Source of the DNA: a virus
Lineage: Duplodnaviria > Caudoviricetes
IMG/VR virus record: IMGVR_UViG_3300006118_000039
Location: 1-27,145 of that record
Length of the DNA: 27,145 nucleotides
Strand: one strand, 5' to 3'
Shown here piece after piece: positions 25,336 to 27,145 of this stretch. How positions within the stretch are numbered: the first letter of the stretch is position 1; every line of letters starts with the position of its first letter. Position numbers and translations under genes: made by a program. The notes under the pieces were generated by a model. That model worked only from the letters and a program-made list of their open reading frames with translations. It was not told the origin of the DNA and did not search any database.

Positions 25336-26243
25336 GCCTGCAGGCGCTTTCCGCCGCGCTGTCGTCGCGCATCGACGAGCTCGGCCTGTCGTGCGCCCAG
25401 CGGTTCATCCTGTTCCTGCTGGGCAACTGGGCGAACGAGGACGACGTCGCCTTTCCGTCGATCCGGATGCTGACCCGCAAGACGGGTCTGAGCGAGCGCG
25501 GCGTGCAGGTGGCGATCAACCATCTGATCAAATTCGGCCTGGTGGAACGCATCGAACGGGCCGTTCCGGGGGAGCGTCAGAAGTCGAATTTCTACCGTCT
25601 TTCGTTCGTCGAAACCGCCGCGACCCCCGCACTCAGTGCACCCATATCCCCGCACTCAGTGCACCCCACCCCCGCACTCAGTGCACCCCTCACTACGTTA
25701 GACACGAAAATAGATACTACAGATGCTGACGCATCTGGCGCGGGCGCGCGCGCGGCGGCGTTCGATCGGTTGAGATCGGGCTGGGCCCGGGTTTCGCCGG
25801 GCCGTCTGGCGCCGCGGATGGCCGAGGCGGCGTTCGAGGCGGCCTGCGAGCGGTGCGAACCCGATCGGCTCGCCGACGCCGGGCTGCGCTACCTCGCCGA
25901 AGATCCCGACGTGAAACGGCTCGGCACGGCGATTCGGCTGGATCGCTGGCTGGACGAGGCGCGGTTCGTCGGCTGGCTGACCTCGGCGGGCGATCCGCCG
26001 CCGCGATCGGTGTCGGCGGCGCGGCGCTGGTCCGGTCCGGAGAAGATCCGCGACGTGCTGACCGAGGTCGCCGGCGCGCCGTTCGTCGCCAGCTACCTCG
26101 ATCCCGCCGAATGGGACGCCTCGACGAACGCCATTCGCGCCGCCACCGGCATCGGCCTGGGCGCGCTGCAACAGTTCCGCCTGCTGCTTTCACGTCACGG
26201 CGTCGAGCGGATCGAGAAACGTGCGAGCCAATCTGGGGGATGA
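25332..26243 (+). CDS. Phage replication initiator (N-terminal winged HTH)
   Basis: FPSIRML..TGLSERGV..AI..L..GLVER..SNFY; internal iterons. Confidence 0.82.
   Translation: MSLQALSAALSSRIDELGLSCAQRFILFLLGNWANEDDVAFPSIRMLTRKTGLSERGVQVAINHLIKFGLVERIERAVPGERQKSNFYRLSFVETAATPALSAPISPHSVHPTPALSAPLTTLDTKIDTTDADASGAGARAAAFDRLRSGWARVSPGRLAPRMAEAAFEAACERCEPDRLADAGLRYLAEDPDVKRLGTAIRLDRWLDEARFVGWLTSAGDPPPRSVSAARRWSGPEKIRDVLTEVAGAPFVASYLDPAEWDASTNAIRAATGIGLGALQQFRLLLSRHGVERIEKRASQSGG
25625..25724 (+). repeat. Replication origin: three 19-bp iterons plus AT-rich tract
   Basis: CCCCGCACTCAGTGCACCC at 25625, 25648 and 25670, followed by an A/T-rich stretch. Confidence 0.82.
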
Positions 26244-26246
26244 GTC

Positions 26247-26762
26247 GTGATCCACACACCGATGCCGACCGAGCCCCGCTGGTACATCGTCCAGACCAAC
26301 GTGCGCGAGGAAGTGCTGGCGCGGTCTTCGATGCGCGCCGAAGGGCTCGACGTCTATCTGCCGATGATGATCAAGCGCAACCGCAAGGGTGAAACCTACG
26401 GCTCGGCGCTGTTTCCGGGCTATCTGTTCACGCGGTTGTCGATCGGTGCGGTGGGCTGGTCCAAGGTCTACTCATCACGCGGCGTGAAGTGCGTGCTCGG
26501 CACGGGCGGCCGCCCGACCTGCGTCGCGACACGGATCATCGACGAGATCAAGGCGCGCGAGACCGAGGGGTTCATCCAGCTCGGACTGGCCGAACCGGCG
26601 CGGTTCAAGCCCGGCCAGGCGGTCACGGTCAGCAAAGGCCCGTTCGCCCGGCTCGATGCGATTTTCGTTGAGGCCGTTGACAAGCGCCGATGCCACATCC
26701 TAATCCAGCTTCTCGGCGATTCGCAGCGAATCGCCACCGCTGAACTGGCGCACATCGAGTGA
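26247..26762 (+). CDS. NusG/RfaH-family transcription antitermination factor (NGN + KOW)
   Basis: WYIVQT, LFPGYLF, GV..VL, FKPGQAVTV..GPF. Confidence 0.9.
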   Translation: MIHTPMPTEPRWYIVQTNVREEVLARSSMRAEGLDVYLPMMIKRNRKGETYGSALFPGYLFTRLSIGAVGWSKVYSSRGVKCVLGTGGRPTCVATRIIDEIKARETEGFIQLGLAEPARFKPGQAVTVSKGPFARLDAIFVEAVDKRRCHILIQLLGDSQRIATAELAHIE

Positions 26763-26796
26763 GCGCCAGTGCGGATGCCATTCAGCCCCAGGCTGA

Positions 26797-27126
26797 ATGA
26801 TGCCGATCCGGCCCCCTTCATTTTCGCCACGTCCGGCCCAGACCGCGACGGCTTACGACCGCGAACGCCGTTCGCTCAGCCCCACCCGCAAGCTCTACGC
26901 CACCGCCCGCTGGCGCGCCGTCCGCGCCGCGCAACTCCGCGCCGAACCGCTCTGCCGGATGTGCCGCGCCCGCGGCGTCGTCACCCCCGCCACCACCTGC
27001 GATCACGTCGAACCGCATCGCGGCGACGTCGAGGCCTTCTGGTCCGGCCCGTTCCAGTCTCTCTGCACCGCCTGCCACTCCAGCGCCAAGCAGCGGGCCG
27101 AAGGGATGGGGGGTCAAAGTCCCTAA
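26797..27126 (+). CDS. HNH endonuclease (HK97 gp74-like packaging cofactor)
   Basis: LY.T.RW, EPLCRMC, DHVEPHRGD, QSLCTACHS. Confidence 0.9.
   Translation: MMPIRPPSFSPRPAQTATAYDRERRSLSPTRKLYATARWRAVRAAQLRAEPLCRMCRARGVVTPATTCDHVEPHRGDVEAFWSGPFQSLCTACHSSAKQRAEGMGGQSP
26861..26875. promoter_or_regulatory. Palindrome copy 5 of 5 (inside HNH gene)
   Basis: GCGAACGCCGTTCGC. Confidence 0.8.
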
Positions 27127-27145
27127 AACTGGCGCGGCTGAACAC

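Noticed and set aside
25625-25688. Mini CRISPR array
   Set aside because: Spacers are only 3-4 nt, the repeats lie inside a replication gene and no cas genes are present; these are iterons.

Overview
A ~27 kb, GC-rich segment of a lambdoid-organised temperate siphophage, most likely infecting an alphaproteobacterium (host inferred from GTA-like tail genes and TTGACG -35 elements). Order: putative head-fibre/decoration genes, neck and non-contractile tail genes, lysis cassette and terminator, an intact attP (3' half of tRNA-Arg CCT), a leftward early operon (integrase, Xis, ASCH, DUF5131, DUF2303 pair, ParB-like), an immunity region (secreted moron, CI with S24 peptidase, Cro, shared operators), a rightward early operon (adenine MTase, DnaA-C-like HTH, replication initiator with iterons, NusG paralog) and an HNH endonuclease. 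Phage genes flank attP on both sides, so this is the excised or virion form rather than an integrated prophage. The most striking unexplained signal is a 15-bp palindrome, GCGAACG(C/G)CGTTCGC, present in five exact copies across the window, one inside the orphan parB gene. All family calls come from visual motif recognition; no searches were run.
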